From contig NC_042997.1 of NCBI RefSeq assembly GCF_006345805.1, forward strand, positions 212,040,001 to 212,104,000: 64,000 nt of DNA, read 5' to 3'. Positions 27,882 to 40,649 of this stretch are shown piece after piece (the stretch's first letter is position 1; every line of letters begins with the position of its first letter). A model generated the notes under the pieces. The model was not told the DNA's origin. It worked only from the letters and a program-made list of their open reading frames with translations, and ran no database searches. This DNA comes from Octopus sinensis (taxonomy: Eukaryota). Both the position numbers and the translations under genes were made by a program.

Positions 27882-29194
27882 TGGAAATTGATTCAGATAC
27901 ATATGAGGAATTGCAACGAGAAATATAGCTGCTTCTATGTATGTATACCTACATGTACATCTGTATGCAGGTATGTATTTATATGAGGAGAGACTTGTTT
28001 GAAGCATTGTGATACAGAAGTCAACAATCATTGTTTGGTCGTTGACTTCTGATGATGGGCCATTGTGCATCCAGCCATAGAAACTTTGCCAAAGCAGACA
28101 TTGGAATCCCATACAACCAAAAGGCATGGTTAATGTTGATGATGATGATGATGACGACAATATATACAGACATGGAGATATATGTATGAGATATCATCAT
28201 CATCGTTATTTAATGTCAGTTTTCCATGCTAGCATGGGTTGGATGGTTTGACTGAAAACTGGTGAGTCAGAGGCTGCGCCAGGCTCATTCTGATCTGGTT
28301 AGGTTTCTACAGCTGGATGCCCTTCCTAACGCCAACCACTCCAAGAGTGTATTGGTTGCTTTTACGTGCCACTGGCATGAGAGCCAATCAGGCAGTTCTG
28401 GCAATAACCATGCTCAAAAGGTGTTTTTTTTATGTGCTAACTGCACGGGAGCAGTCTGGCGGCACTGGCAACGACCAAACTCGGATGTTGTTTATCACAT
28501 GCCACACTTACCAAAAAAGAATTTTACTAAGTATCTTGATTAAACTGTATTAATAAGATTTAATTAAGACATTCAGTAACGAAGCTATTTAAAAGTGCTC
28601 TACCAATACTGCTTGGAGCAAATATCATCATCATCGTTGTTTAACGTCCGTTTTCCATGCAGCATGGGTTGGACGGTTCGATCGGGGTTTGGGAAGCCAA
28701 GAGGCTGCATCAGGTTCCAGTCTGATCTGGCAGTGTTTCTACAGCTGGATGCCCTTCCTAATGCCAACCACTCCGTGAGTGGTTCCTCTTTCATAATCTA
28801 TATTTGATGATTCTGATTCAGAATCTTCCCAGAAAATTTAGAAGAGCATCTTTCGATTATTTTCAACCCAATCTCGAAAAGTAGTCCGAGAAACTTAGAA
28901 ATAATCACGACAGAAATGTCCAAATTGCTGTTTTGGAACATTGTGTCCATTGAACTGATATTGAGGTCTTTCTCACTCCCCACATCATTTTTCTCCTCAC
29001 CCCCCTGCCCCACCCCCACTAACTCATGCCATCTAATCGGATTTCTTTTATAACCAACACTCCAAAGAGGTTTTACGTTTGATCAAAGTTCTGATATGGA
29101 ATTAACAGAAAATAAAGAAAAAACTACTTTTTTTTAACAGCATTCAAGATGTAAATAACTCATATTCTCTGATGAAATACTTGACACAAAGGAG

Positions 29195-29239
<45 letters not shown>

Positions 29240-29240
<1 letters not shown>

Positions 29241-29330
29241 ACACACGGTGGAACCTTCATTTACAAACACTTCTCATCATAAACAAATCAGTTTATGAAC
29301 AATTTTTTTGAACAAAAAGTGTCTTGGATA
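29240..29330 (+). mobile_element. Tigger/pogo-like terminal fragment
   Basis: cacggtggaaccttcatttacaaac resembles CAGTGGAACCTCG-type TIRs; no partner end found. Confidence 0.35.
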
Positions 29331-29580
29331 AGGAAGAGTGTCTTGAGTAATAAACAGGCGAATGGCAACCACAGCTGGTTACAGTCTGGCAATATGAGTG
29401 GGAGGTGAGTGTCAGTTATGGGTTAGTCTTAGCTTAGTGCACATCCCTGTACAAATTCACTGGGTATTCTCTTTAATTTCTGGTGGGAATAATCGTCTTA
29501 GTTTACAAGTATTTTGGGTGAGGAATGGCCCTTCAGGAATGAAGTAAATTCTGAGATTCTACTGTGTGCATATATATATA

Positions 29581-29626
<46 letters not shown>

Positions 29627-29663
29627 ATGTATGTATGCAAAGTTTAGGTTAAACCAAATATGC

Positions 29664-30099
29664 TTGTGACATATTCCAACTGCTAAAAGGCAAATTCACT
29701 GCAGTTACCATCCATGGAGAAAATTTTCTTTTATGGTAAAAAAGTGCAAAAACACCATAATCTGTCCAGTGTCACCCCCTGTCAGGATTCAGAGATATCA
29801 ATGGTTCTAGCTCCCTAGCTGTTATCAATGGGAAATACTTAAGAGAGGCAACTCTGTACAGACCTTATCAAAGCTAGAGGTTTAACTAAAATACAGTCAA
29901 CAAGATGGACTGATTTGTGCCATTAGACCACCAGGTCATGGGGATTACTGTAATATTAGCATCAAGCTGTGTTTAGACATAATCACAACTTAGGACAGTT
30001 ACAATCTGTTTGTGACATATTTCAGCTCCTAAAAGGCGAATTCACTGCAGTTACCAAGAAGAAAATTTTCTCTTATGGTAGAAGGTGTAAAAATACCAT
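29664..30099. repeat. Diverged direct repeat of about 90 bp
   Basis: tgtgacatatt..a.ct.ctaaaaggc.aattcactgcagttacca...aaaaacaccat at about 29664 and 30010. Confidence 0.7.
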
Positions 30100-30314
30100 G
30101 TGTGTGTGTGTGTGTGTGTGTGTTGTAATAATGCTTGATTTTCAAGGAGAAATCCAGAGGAAAAGTTACCAGAGCAGCCAAAGGTCGCGTAAGCGCTTAA
30201 AGATATTAGCAGCCACGTGTACATAGGTAATAATTCCAAGAAGAAGTGAGATGTGTTTTGGAGAATGTAAGAGAAATGGAAAATAACATATGTTGTGTTT
30301 GTCTCCATTTCTCT

Positions 30315-30356
<42 letters not shown>

Positions 30357-30417
30357 TATATAACATTATTGGTGAATTGAAGAAATGGAGCTGAACGCAG
30401 ATTGAACAGAAATCGTT

Positions 30418-30510
30418 TTATTTCATTCTACACGTGTTTCGAAAGCACAAATTACCAAAATCCGATTGAATAATGGGACCATATTGTGTCTTTCTCTTCA
30501 GGAGAAAAAA
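30418..30510 (-). ncRNA. Minimal type-I hammerhead ribozyme motif (mirror copy)
   Basis: Minus strand reads CTGAAGA-gaaagacacaa...ttgtgctttc-GAAAC-ACGT-GTA. Stem I is weaker than in the right arm. Confidence 0.65.
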
Positions 30511-30769
30511 GGAAATCCGTTGGAAAACAAAAACAGAACAGAGGCGGAGCAAAAACAAATCGAACTATGCTCCTAAGAGCCCATGGCGAAACTGTTTATC
30601 AGTGTATGTTGAGACCGGTGGATGAAGAATTCAGCCTGACCCGTTGAATTCTTCAGCCACCGGTTCTCAACATACACTGATAAACAGTTTCGCCATGGGC
30701 TCTTAGGAGCATAGTTCGATTTGTTTTTGCTCCGCCTCTGTTCTTTTTTTGTTTTTCCAACGGATTTCC

Positions 30770-30865
30770 TTTTTTCTTCCTGAAGAGAAAGACACAATAT
30801 GGTCCCATTATTCAATCGGATTTTGGTAATTTGTGCCTTTCGAAACACGTGTAGAATGAATAAAA
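30770..30865 (+). ncRNA. Minimal type-I hammerhead ribozyme motif
   Basis: CTGAAGA (30780-86); stem II gaaagacacaa/ttgtgcctttc (10/11 pairs); GAAAC-ACGT-GTA with a palindromic helix III; bulged stem I. Predicted cut after 30853. Confidence 0.75.
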
Positions 30866-31067
30866 CGATTTCTGTTCAATCTGCGTTCAGCTCCATTTCT
30901 TCAATTCACCAATAATGTTTTAATTTCAATTATCCGCACCAACGCACGGTTGCAACACCATATGGTTGTACCTCCAACCGTGCTGTTTACTGCTGTGATT
31001 TTTGCTACTAAGGTATCGGTAAACTTTGGATTAATCTACTACAAGATTATTCATCTTTCTATTTCAC

Positions 31068-31070
31068 ATA

Positions 31071-31133
<63 letters not shown>

Positions 31134-31194
31134 GTATATATATGTATATATATATATATATGTATATGTATATATATGTATATATATATATATA

Positions 31195-31225
<31 letters not shown>

Positions 31226-31458
31226 ATGTATAGTATATATATATGTATATATATATATCTATATATATATATATCTATATATATATATGTATATGTATAT
31301 ATAATTATATAATATATGTATATGTATTATATATGTATATGTATATATATATGTATAGTATATATATATGTATATATATATATGTATATATATGTATATG
31401 TATATATATATGTATATATATATTAATATGTATATATATATATATGTATATATATATG

Positions 31459-31489
<31 letters not shown>

Positions 31490-31729
31490 GTATATATATG
31501 TATATGTATATATTATATATATGTATATATATATGTATATGTATAATATTATATATGTATATATATGTATATGTATATATATGTATATGTATATATATAT
31601 ATATGTATATGTATATATATGTATATATATGTATATGTATATATATGTATATGTATATATATGTATATGTTATATGATATGTATATGTATATGTATATAT
31701 ATGTTATATATGTATATATATGTATATGT

Positions 31730-31771
<42 letters not shown>

Positions 31772-32049
31772 ATATGTATATATAGTATATGTATATGTAT
31801 GTATGTATATGTTATGTATATGTATGTATATGTAAGTATATGTATATATATGTATATATATGATATGTATATATATGTTATGTATATATAGTATATGTAT
31901 GTATATGTATATAATGTATATGTATATATATGTATATAATATGTATATGTATATATATGTATATGTATATATATGTATATGTATATATATGTATATGTAT
32001 ATGTATATATATGTATATATATGTATATATATGTATATGTATATGTATA

Positions 32050-32084
<35 letters not shown>

Positions 32085-32343
32085 ATATGTATATATATGT
32101 ATATGTATATGTATATGTATGTATATGTATATGTATATGTATGTATATGTATGTATATGTATATATATGTATATATATGTATATGTATATATATGTATAT
32201 GTATATATATGTATATGTATGTATATGTATATATATGTATATGTATATATATGTATATGTATATGTATGTATATGTATATATATGTATATATATGTATAT
32301 GTATATATATGTATATGTATATATATGTATATGTATATATATG

Positions 32344-32374
<31 letters not shown>

Positions 32375-32385
32375 GTATATATATG

Positions 32386-32416
<31 letters not shown>

Positions 32417-32434
32417 GTATATATATGTATATGT

Positions 32435-32480
<46 letters not shown>
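31068..32480. repeat. 1.4-kb (TA)/(TATATG) microsatellite
   Basis: Direct inspection. Confidence 0.98.
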
Positions 32481-32483
32481 TAC

Positions 32484-33476
32484 GTGAGAAGACCAGGCAG
32501 GACAAGTGAGCCCAGCCCACTTATGAATGCCTTTCCTCCCTTGGACACAAAGACCGGTTGAGGCAAGCGAAGTCGATATAGAACCTCATCCGACGACAGA
32601 CAACCCATCCCAACCCCATGCTTGCGAAGACATGTTGGGGCAAGCGAAATCGAAACCGAATTGAACCAGCCAGGATCCCTGGCCTGGTGGTACGTAAAAA
32701 GCACTATCCGACTCGGGGCCTGGCACGTAAAATACTCCAATGCGACCAGTACGACAGGCACCCATGCCAACCCCCTTTGCTTGTGAAGACATGTTGGGGC
32801 AAGCGAAATCGAAATCGAATTGAACCAGCCAGGATCCCTGGTCTGGTGGTACGTAAAAAGCACTATCCGACTCATGGCCGTGGCACGTAAAATACTCCAA
32901 TGCGACCGTACGACAGGCACCCTTGCCACCCCCTTTGCTTGTGAAGACATGTTGGGGCAAGCGAAATCGAAATCGAATTGAACCAGCCAGGATCCCTGGT
33001 CTGGTGGTACGTAAAAAGCACTATCCGACTCATGGCCGTGGCACGTAAAATACTCCAATGCGACCGTACGACAGGCACCCTTGCCAACCCCCTTGCTTGT
33101 GAAGACATGTTGGGGCAAGCGAAATCGAAATCGAATTGAACCAGCCAGGATCCCTGGTCTGGTGGTACGTAAAAGCAAGCACTATCCGACTCGTGCCGAT
33201 GCCGCACACCACCTCGACTGGCTTCCGTGCCGGTGGCACATAAAATACACCAATCTGACCGTGGCCGTTGCCAGCCCCGCCTGGCACCTGTGCAGGTGGC
33301 ACGTAAAAAGCACCCACTACACTCACGGAGTGGTTGGCGTTAGGAAGGCATCCAGCTGTAGAAACATTGCCAAATTAGACTGGAGCCTGGTGCAGCCTTC
33401 TGGCTTCCCAGAACCCCGGTCGACCGTCCAACCCATGCTAGCATGGAGAACGGACGTTAAACGACGATGATGATGA
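32484..33476 (+). mobile_element. RTE LINE 3' end with a 158-bp tandem array
   Basis: Starts at the ORF end (LREKTRQDK*); about 3.6 units of 158-159 bp starting at 32621, 32780, 32938 and 33096; ends in (GAT)n. Confidence 0.85.
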
Positions 33477-33477
33477 T

Positions 33478-33514
33478 ATATATGTATATATATATATATG
33501 TATATATGTATATG

Positions 33515-33547
<33 letters not shown>

Positions 33548-33816
33548 GTATATATATATTATATAGTTATATATGTATATTATAGTAGATATATATGTAT
33601 ATATATATATATATGTTATATAATATATATATGTATATATATGTATATGTATATATATATATTGTATATATATATATATATGTATATAATATAGTATTTA
33701 TATATATATATATATGTATATATATGTATATGTATATATATATATATGTATTATATATATAATATATGTATATATTATATATGTATATATATTATATGTA
33801 TATATATAATATATGT

Positions 33817-33849
<33 letters not shown>

Positions 33850-33885
33850 TATATGTATATAATATATATATATATATATATATGT

Positions 33886-33937
<52 letters not shown>

Positions 33938-33964
33938 TAATAGTATATATATAATATATATATA

Positions 33965-34022
<58 letters not shown>

Positions 34023-34100
34023 GTTCTATATGATTATATGGTTATATGTATATATATATATATATATTATGTATATATATATAATATATATGTTATTATA

Positions 34101-34174
<74 letters not shown>

Positions 34175-34197
34175 TACATATATATATTATATACATA

Positions 34198-34239
<42 letters not shown>

Positions 34240-34243
34240 CATA
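33478..34243. repeat. (TA)-rich microsatellite
   Basis: Direct inspection. Confidence 0.98.
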
Positions 34244-34915
34244 TGGTCCTATGGAAAACATTTGTCCACTGATGGTCCTATGGAAAACATTTGTCCTCAG
34301 CCGCTTGGACTACTTGCTCCCAACTTTGGTCACCACACAATATAAAACAAACAGCAGAACTCGAAGCAACTCAGAGAAGCTACACAAAGAAAATCGTCTC
34401 AATGCAAAATGTCAGCTACTGGGAAAGACTGAAGGTATTAAACCTCTTCTCCCTGGAGCGGAGGCGGGAGAGATATGCAGTAATATACATCTGGAAAATC
34501 CTGGAGGGTCTTATCCCCCAACTTTGGCATTCAAAGTTACTCCAACCGCAGAACGGGGCGCCGCTGCGTGGTGCCAAGGATTCCAACATCACCATCAAAA
34601 TACAGGTCCAGATACTGCAACAGCTTGGGTTTCAGAGGACCACAGCTTTTCAACATCCTCCCTAAATGCCTGAGAGACTTACATGGGTGGATGTGGGTTT
34701 CTTTAAAACTAAACTGGATCTCTTCTTGTTGGAAGTCCCAGATGAACCTACCTCACGACAGGAGACGCGGATGCGGGCAGCAGCATCGAACTCCCTTGTT
34801 GATCAAGTGCCACGTATCAGAGGTGGATTCACAAACTAGTGTGGCTCATTCAGCGGTGGTGCCCCAGCATGGCCGCGGCCTTCGGGCTAAAACATTTTTA
34901 AGGATTTTAAGGATT
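34242..34915 (+). mobile_element. CR1-like LINE 3' fragment (different tail)
   Basis: LWKTFVLSRLDY...ELEATQRSYTKKI...[33 protein letters not shown]; tail (aaggatttt)n; 29-bp duplication at the 5' junction. Confidence 0.85.
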
Positions 34916-34919
34916 TATA

Positions 34920-35005
<86 letters not shown>

Positions 35006-35338
35006 CACATACACATATATACATATATATATACATATATATATATATACATATACATATATATACTATATATATATATATACATATATATAATATACGT
35101 TTTTATTATTATTATGCAATTTACATAATCATCAGTATATTTTGTTATTTTAATTTTTATATTTCTATTATATGTAATTTTCTAGATGGTGTGATTTATA
35201 TTGTTCATTTTGATTGATAAAGGTGTTTTTTTCTAATTTTTATATATACATATATTATATTTTGTGAATTTGATTTAGATTTCTAAATTGAATTTTCCCC
35301 AGTAAGTCAGGAATAATATTCCCTCAAATAATTATTTT

Positions 35339-35369
<31 letters not shown>

Positions 35370-38216
35370 GTATTTATGTATGTATGTTTGTATGCATGTA
35401 TGTATGCATGCATGTATGTATGTATGTATGTTTGTATGCATGCATGTATGTATGTATGTATGTACAAATGGGGCCATAACTAATACTTTGAGTCATATAG
35501 TTTGTCTTCTCTCTTCCATGCTGTGATACATTTTTTGTCAAAATTGCTGCATAGCAAACAATAAAGAAGGAGAATGGGTTATGTTGTGAGCATGTGTGTT
35601 TTGCACCTGTAGGTACTAAGCACTAAGAATCTCAAGTGCCAAGTCTTGGAATATGCCATCTATCCCATTTGGGTTAATGCCCCCCCCCCACTGACACCGC
35701 CACCACCGCCTATTGCCAATGGAGTTGATGTCTGTGTAAAACAGGCAAACAGAAGACAATTTGGTGTAATTAGAATTCTAAATATAACAAAGCTGATAGT
35801 TCTTGAAACAGAGGGGGAGGGGGGAGTATGAAGTAGAGAGCCATGTGTAGTAGAGCTAATTAATTAGGTATTTCACATATTTATAACAGTTCTTCGTTAG
35901 CTACATCAGGTTTCTAAATTCGATACCCCACATGTACACAAGCAGAAATAGAAAATCGTATCAAATTTTCTTTTTACTGGTTTTTTTCTTACATATTTTT
36001 GATTTGGTCATAAAACAGGGTGTTCCTAGGCCATAGCCGTTTACAGTGGATTGTCACTAAAGAGGTCAGGTACTTAGTCTTTAGTTATGAGTTATAAGGA
36101 AAATATGGTGTGGGAAGGATACAGTTGTGTGGTAGAAGGACTGGGATATGGTCTGCGAGATAACAGCATTAAAGCACTGGTGCTGGCACTCTGTAAAGTG
36201 GTTAACATTAGGAAGAGCAACCATCTGTAGAAACCATGCTGAAACAATGGAACCTGGTATGACTCCTGGCCTTTTAAGCTCTGGTCAAACTGTCCAGCCC
36301 ATGCCAGCATGGAAACAGATGTTAAGTAAAGATAATGATGATGCTATCCGTGTTCCTTTTGATTGCGAATATTTTACCATCATGCCATCGATCAAGAGAG
36401 TTTTCTTCCAAACTTAAGAGTTATCTGTCTTGAGTTTGTCTCATAGCTCCCTTCCACTCCTTTCTCTCTCTACTCTCCCTCCACTTCCCTTAGCTTTTAC
36501 TCAATGGCAAATACAAGCCCAGCCACTTAACATGTTAAATGTTATACATGAAATGACATATTTAACATTAAACACATCAAATCAATAGAAAAATCTTTGA
36601 GAAAATTCCCAGAAAACTGCGCTTTATTACTGGTAGGAATGGGAGAATATTTAGATATCATTATCTTTAATTAATTACCAATCAGAGTTTGAGATATAAT
36701 GAGCTATATTGAAAAATGCAGCAGAAGTGGTTGGTATAAAGTTTTGCTGACCAAGAAAGTGTTCTCTGGCTGCTGCTGCTGTCTGGGATGATAACAAAAT
36801 AAAAGAACAATTGTAGAGAGGAGAGTAAACCATTCCATGGTGGAGGGTCATGGAGAAACAGTTGTTATTTCACACAAGACTCATTTGTTTAAAATTTCTT
36901 GAAGTAGATTTTGGCATTGCAAAAAATGTGAAACTTGTACAATGAATTCTGAGTTTCATCATCATCCTTGTCATCATCCTTGTCATCATTTTATGCCTGC
37001 TCTCTATGCTACCATGGGTTTGATGATTCAACAGACATGCTTTCTATGGCTGGCTGCCCTTCTAAACACCAACCACTTTACAAAGTGTACTCGGTGCTTT
37101 TCAGGGCACCATGACTAGTGAGGGTCACCTTGCTCCCTCTCCATGACTGAAAAGGGAATAGGGGACAGAGTGATGATTTGAAGAGATGTCATTAGAGAAG
37201 ATAAAGTATGTTGAGAAGAAGAGATTTACTGTTGTGACAAGATAATAGTGGAGAGGATAATAGGGAAGGAGGGAGGAAGAAATGGTTATAATGTGAGATC
37301 CTCGTCCATTTGTATGTTATTGATGGCACTGTAACATTCTTGTCACCACTATTACGTTGTGGCAGTATTCTGCATCTTACTATCTTTGACTCGTCTATCA
37401 TGCTATCACTGACAGCTCTGCAATGACTTTAAAATGACAGTAATGATTTTAAAATGTCTGCTTTGATGGTAATTTGAACTCATATGTATCACATAACTGA
37501 CTCTACTATTACTGATCACCTACAATGACTGTCTGTCTTTATAGTGGCTGTACCATACCACTTTGTCACATGGGGAGGGGAATACCATTTTCACTACAAC
37601 AAAAATGGAGAAAAAATGTACTGTTTTTTTTCCTTTTAGGCTAAGCGCAATTAATGTTTGTAGGGAAAGAATTAATAGTTTTAGCAGATTACTTATTAAT
37701 CTGGAGAAATGAAAAACAGAATAGAACATAGTAAAAATGTTGAAGAATTAAACGTAAAAGTGAAATGTAATTTATCTGGTTCTGTATGGTGTCTGTCATT
37801 TCAGCAGGTTCGTTCACATCAAAAGTGTCAGGTATTTTGGTATTTCAATTCTTTACCAAAAACTGTCAGAATATCTCCACAACGAGGAAATATTGAGAGT
37901 TTCCATTGTTAGAAAGAATTTCAAAGACACGAGAGAAGAGAGCTTTGTGTCACCAGGAGAGGAATGTGTAAAGTTGATAACAGAGCAGCAAGATCAAAAA
38001 TGAAATGAAAAAGGGGAACAGGGAGATCCTTAAGGGGATACTGAAATAGAAAAGGCCAGACAGCTCCTTGTCTACAACCATTGAGACATTGAACCTTACA
38101 AACTTTATAGCCAAGTGATTAACACCAAATCTCTAAAAGAAGAGATTTTTAGCCAGGATTCTTTGCCAAAGAATAAATTAAAGTACCATAACTGCCAATT
38201 ATAAACCCACGTGGGT

Positions 38217-38614
38217 TTACTCTTTTACTTGTTTCAGTCATTTGACTGCGGCCATGCTGGAGCACCGCCTTTAGTCGATCAAATCGACCCCGGGACTTAT
38301 TCTTTGTAAGCCCAGTACTTATTCTATCGGTCGCTTTTGCCGAACCGCTAAGTGACGGGGACGTAAACACACCAGCATCGGTTGTCAAGCAATGCTAGGT
38401 GGACAAACACAGACACACAAACACACACACACACTTATATATATATATACATATATATGACAGGCTTCTTTCAGTTTCCGTCTACCAAATCCACTCACAA
38501 GGCATTGGTTGGCCCGGGGCTATAGCAGAAGACACTTGCCCAAGGTGCCACGCAGTGGGACTGAACCCGGAACCATGTGGTTGGTTAGCAAGCTACTTAC
38601 CACACAGCCACTCC
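38217..38614 (-). mobile_element. SINE family A
   Basis: Near full-length copy. Confidence 0.9.
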
Positions 38615-39567
38615 TTTCTGTAGAAAAAAAGAAACCCTTTTCTCCCACCCCTAACCCTAACCCTCCATATATATATATAAAAAAAACTTTACGGAGAGTG
38701 ACGATCTTCTTCTTCAAATGTAAACAAACAGACATGGCAGTTATGGTACTTGTACCGAAAGATGGCCAATTAAAGTCATCAAATGTTTATGTACATCATT
38801 AACAACAATGTTTATTAATGATGAAAATTAGAAAAGATTTTTCAGTAATTATTCAGGGAATTACTACATGGAATTACATTTCTTTCTTTCTGTCTGTCTG
38901 TCTGTCTGTCTTTTCACTTATTCTACATAGATTTGCAAGACCAGAAAAGCCAGAATTGCAATCAAAATTTGGAAAGTAATCAAGAAACTACTTTGTTAGG
39001 GTCACTTGTATACAGTGTGAGCTGAGTATTTGTGAACCCAATTTACTGGGCCCCAAAACGAAAGATGTCCCAACATAATGTCGTGTGGTAAGGTAAAAAA
39101 TTTGTACTTTCTAATTCCTCTTTCAGATAATATGACTATGATATATAATTAGCATAAACATGGCAGATTACTATCTGGAAGAGGAAATGAAAAGGTATCT
39201 CAGGTTCATGGCTCTTGCTACCAATCCCAGTGAAGCAGACATCATCAGCTGCTTGAACCAAGCCGGTTCCTTTGTGTTCAGGATTATGGAAAGAGCTGGA
39301 GCCCTTTAGCAAGGACATGCCATCTGTGTGAAAGAGAGAGAGTAGCATTAGCGACAGCGTGACACTATCAGGACAGCTGCGTTTGCCCAGCAAGTTTAGC
39401 ACATCACCAACAACATCCCTGGTGGGGGGGGGGGGTCAAGGGCCATCACTTAGCAGTATAAGGGGTAGGAGTCCAGGATTGAATTTGTGGCGCATGAGGA
39501 CATCAGGGACCAATTCTATAAACTACAAATAAAATGAAAGAAATTCCTGACTGACAAAACCTAGGAG

Positions 39568-39672
39568 AATGTGACCATGTGACTTCCAACATGTGATCAC
39601 GTGACTTCCAACATATGATCATGTGACTTCCAACATGTGATCACGTGACTTCCAACATGTGATCATGTGACT
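39568..39672. repeat. 22-bp minisatellite rich in E-boxes
   Basis: Unit ca(c/t)gtgacttccaacatgtgat, about 4.5 copies. Confidence 0.9.
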
Positions 39673-40552
39673 CCCAATTCTCGTTATTTGAATTCCCTCG
39701 ACTGCTGTGCTGATAGAATCATTGATGGTTGGGCCAAATTACAGTTCCACAATTGTTGGTAGGAGTTCACCTGAATGTGGAATACAGTCATTCTCGTAGT
39801 CTCATAGGGACCATTGTAGACAGTGAGGGTTGTTCTGTTAAATAGTCTGTTTCTTTAGTCTATCCTACTTGAATATGGCTGCAGTTTTTAGCTGGGAGTA
39901 TGTTTTCTTTTCTTTGGTTCGTCTTATTCTATTCTGTGTTTTGTCTCCAAATAGCAATGGGCCTTACCCTCCTCCATATATTTCGATGACGCTTTCAGAA
40001 ATGAAGACAATAAAAAAACAAGATCATTGGCTTCAACTAATACCATGTTCAGTAACCTTGCACTCAATTTCGATTTCTTTTTTTTTCTTTTAAATTAAGA
40101 GTCCTGATTCTATTTCAAATTATCCTTTAATTAGATTAGTTTGTTTCAATGAAAGAACGATATGTTTGGTTAGAGACAGCAGTTCCTTGTCAATTAGGAT
40201 TAGTCACCGTAGATCACTTAGTTCCATAAATACAAACAGAAGTAGAATGCTTGTAATGTGGGATTACGGACTACAGAGTGAGCAATCCACATCTTGTTAA
40301 AGTTGCTGAAGTAAGCCAAGTACCGACCTTGCCACCAACACCGTGGACCAGGCTTAGGAGTAGAAGGGTTTCCTCTAAAACTGTAATGAAGTTGAAAAAC
40401 AGCAGTTCTATCGATATATGCAAAAAAGCCAATTTGGAAAAGTAGCCAACTCACAGAAATGAGGTGAAAATAGTAAAATGAGAAATAAAAATAGAAATGA
40501 AAATGTTTGCTTAGTTATTCTGAAGAAATGTTTCTAAAATAATATTACTTAC

Positions 40553-40649
40553 CAACAAAACCAATGCCAGTGGTCCCAGGTAAACAATGAAAGCGAAGAA
40601 AAGGATCATGAGCCAAGTAAATATGCCACGGATAACCCAGTTCCTCCAT
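40553..40649 (-). CDS. CdsA: CDP-diacylglycerol synthase exon (first transmembrane helix)
   Basis: 97-nt exon between tttctaaattacag and gtaagt. The first A completes Arg, then [32 protein letters not shown], matching the RWKNWxIRGIxTxxMI...IIYLGP motif of CDS1/CDS2/CdsA. Confidence 0.93.

Larger units (their letters stand above)
30362..30919. mobile_element. Foldback element (about 272/275-bp arms, 11-nt loop), Penelope-like pLTR-derived
   Basis: 30362-30633 is the near-perfect reverse complement of 30645-30919; loop gcctgacccgt. Each arm carries a hammerhead core. Confidence 0.85.

Noticed and set aside
32621-33192. CRISPR-like array
   Set aside because: The units are contiguous near-identical 158-mers with no unique spacers and no cas genes; eukaryotic retroelement UTR.
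37520-37593. Exon-like segment with a strong minus-strand acceptor
   Set aside because: Stops in all three phases and no CdsA similarity.
39152-39420. Short ORF MADYYLEEEMKRYL... as a transposase or gag remnant
   Set aside because: No diagnostic motif; family cannot be assigned.
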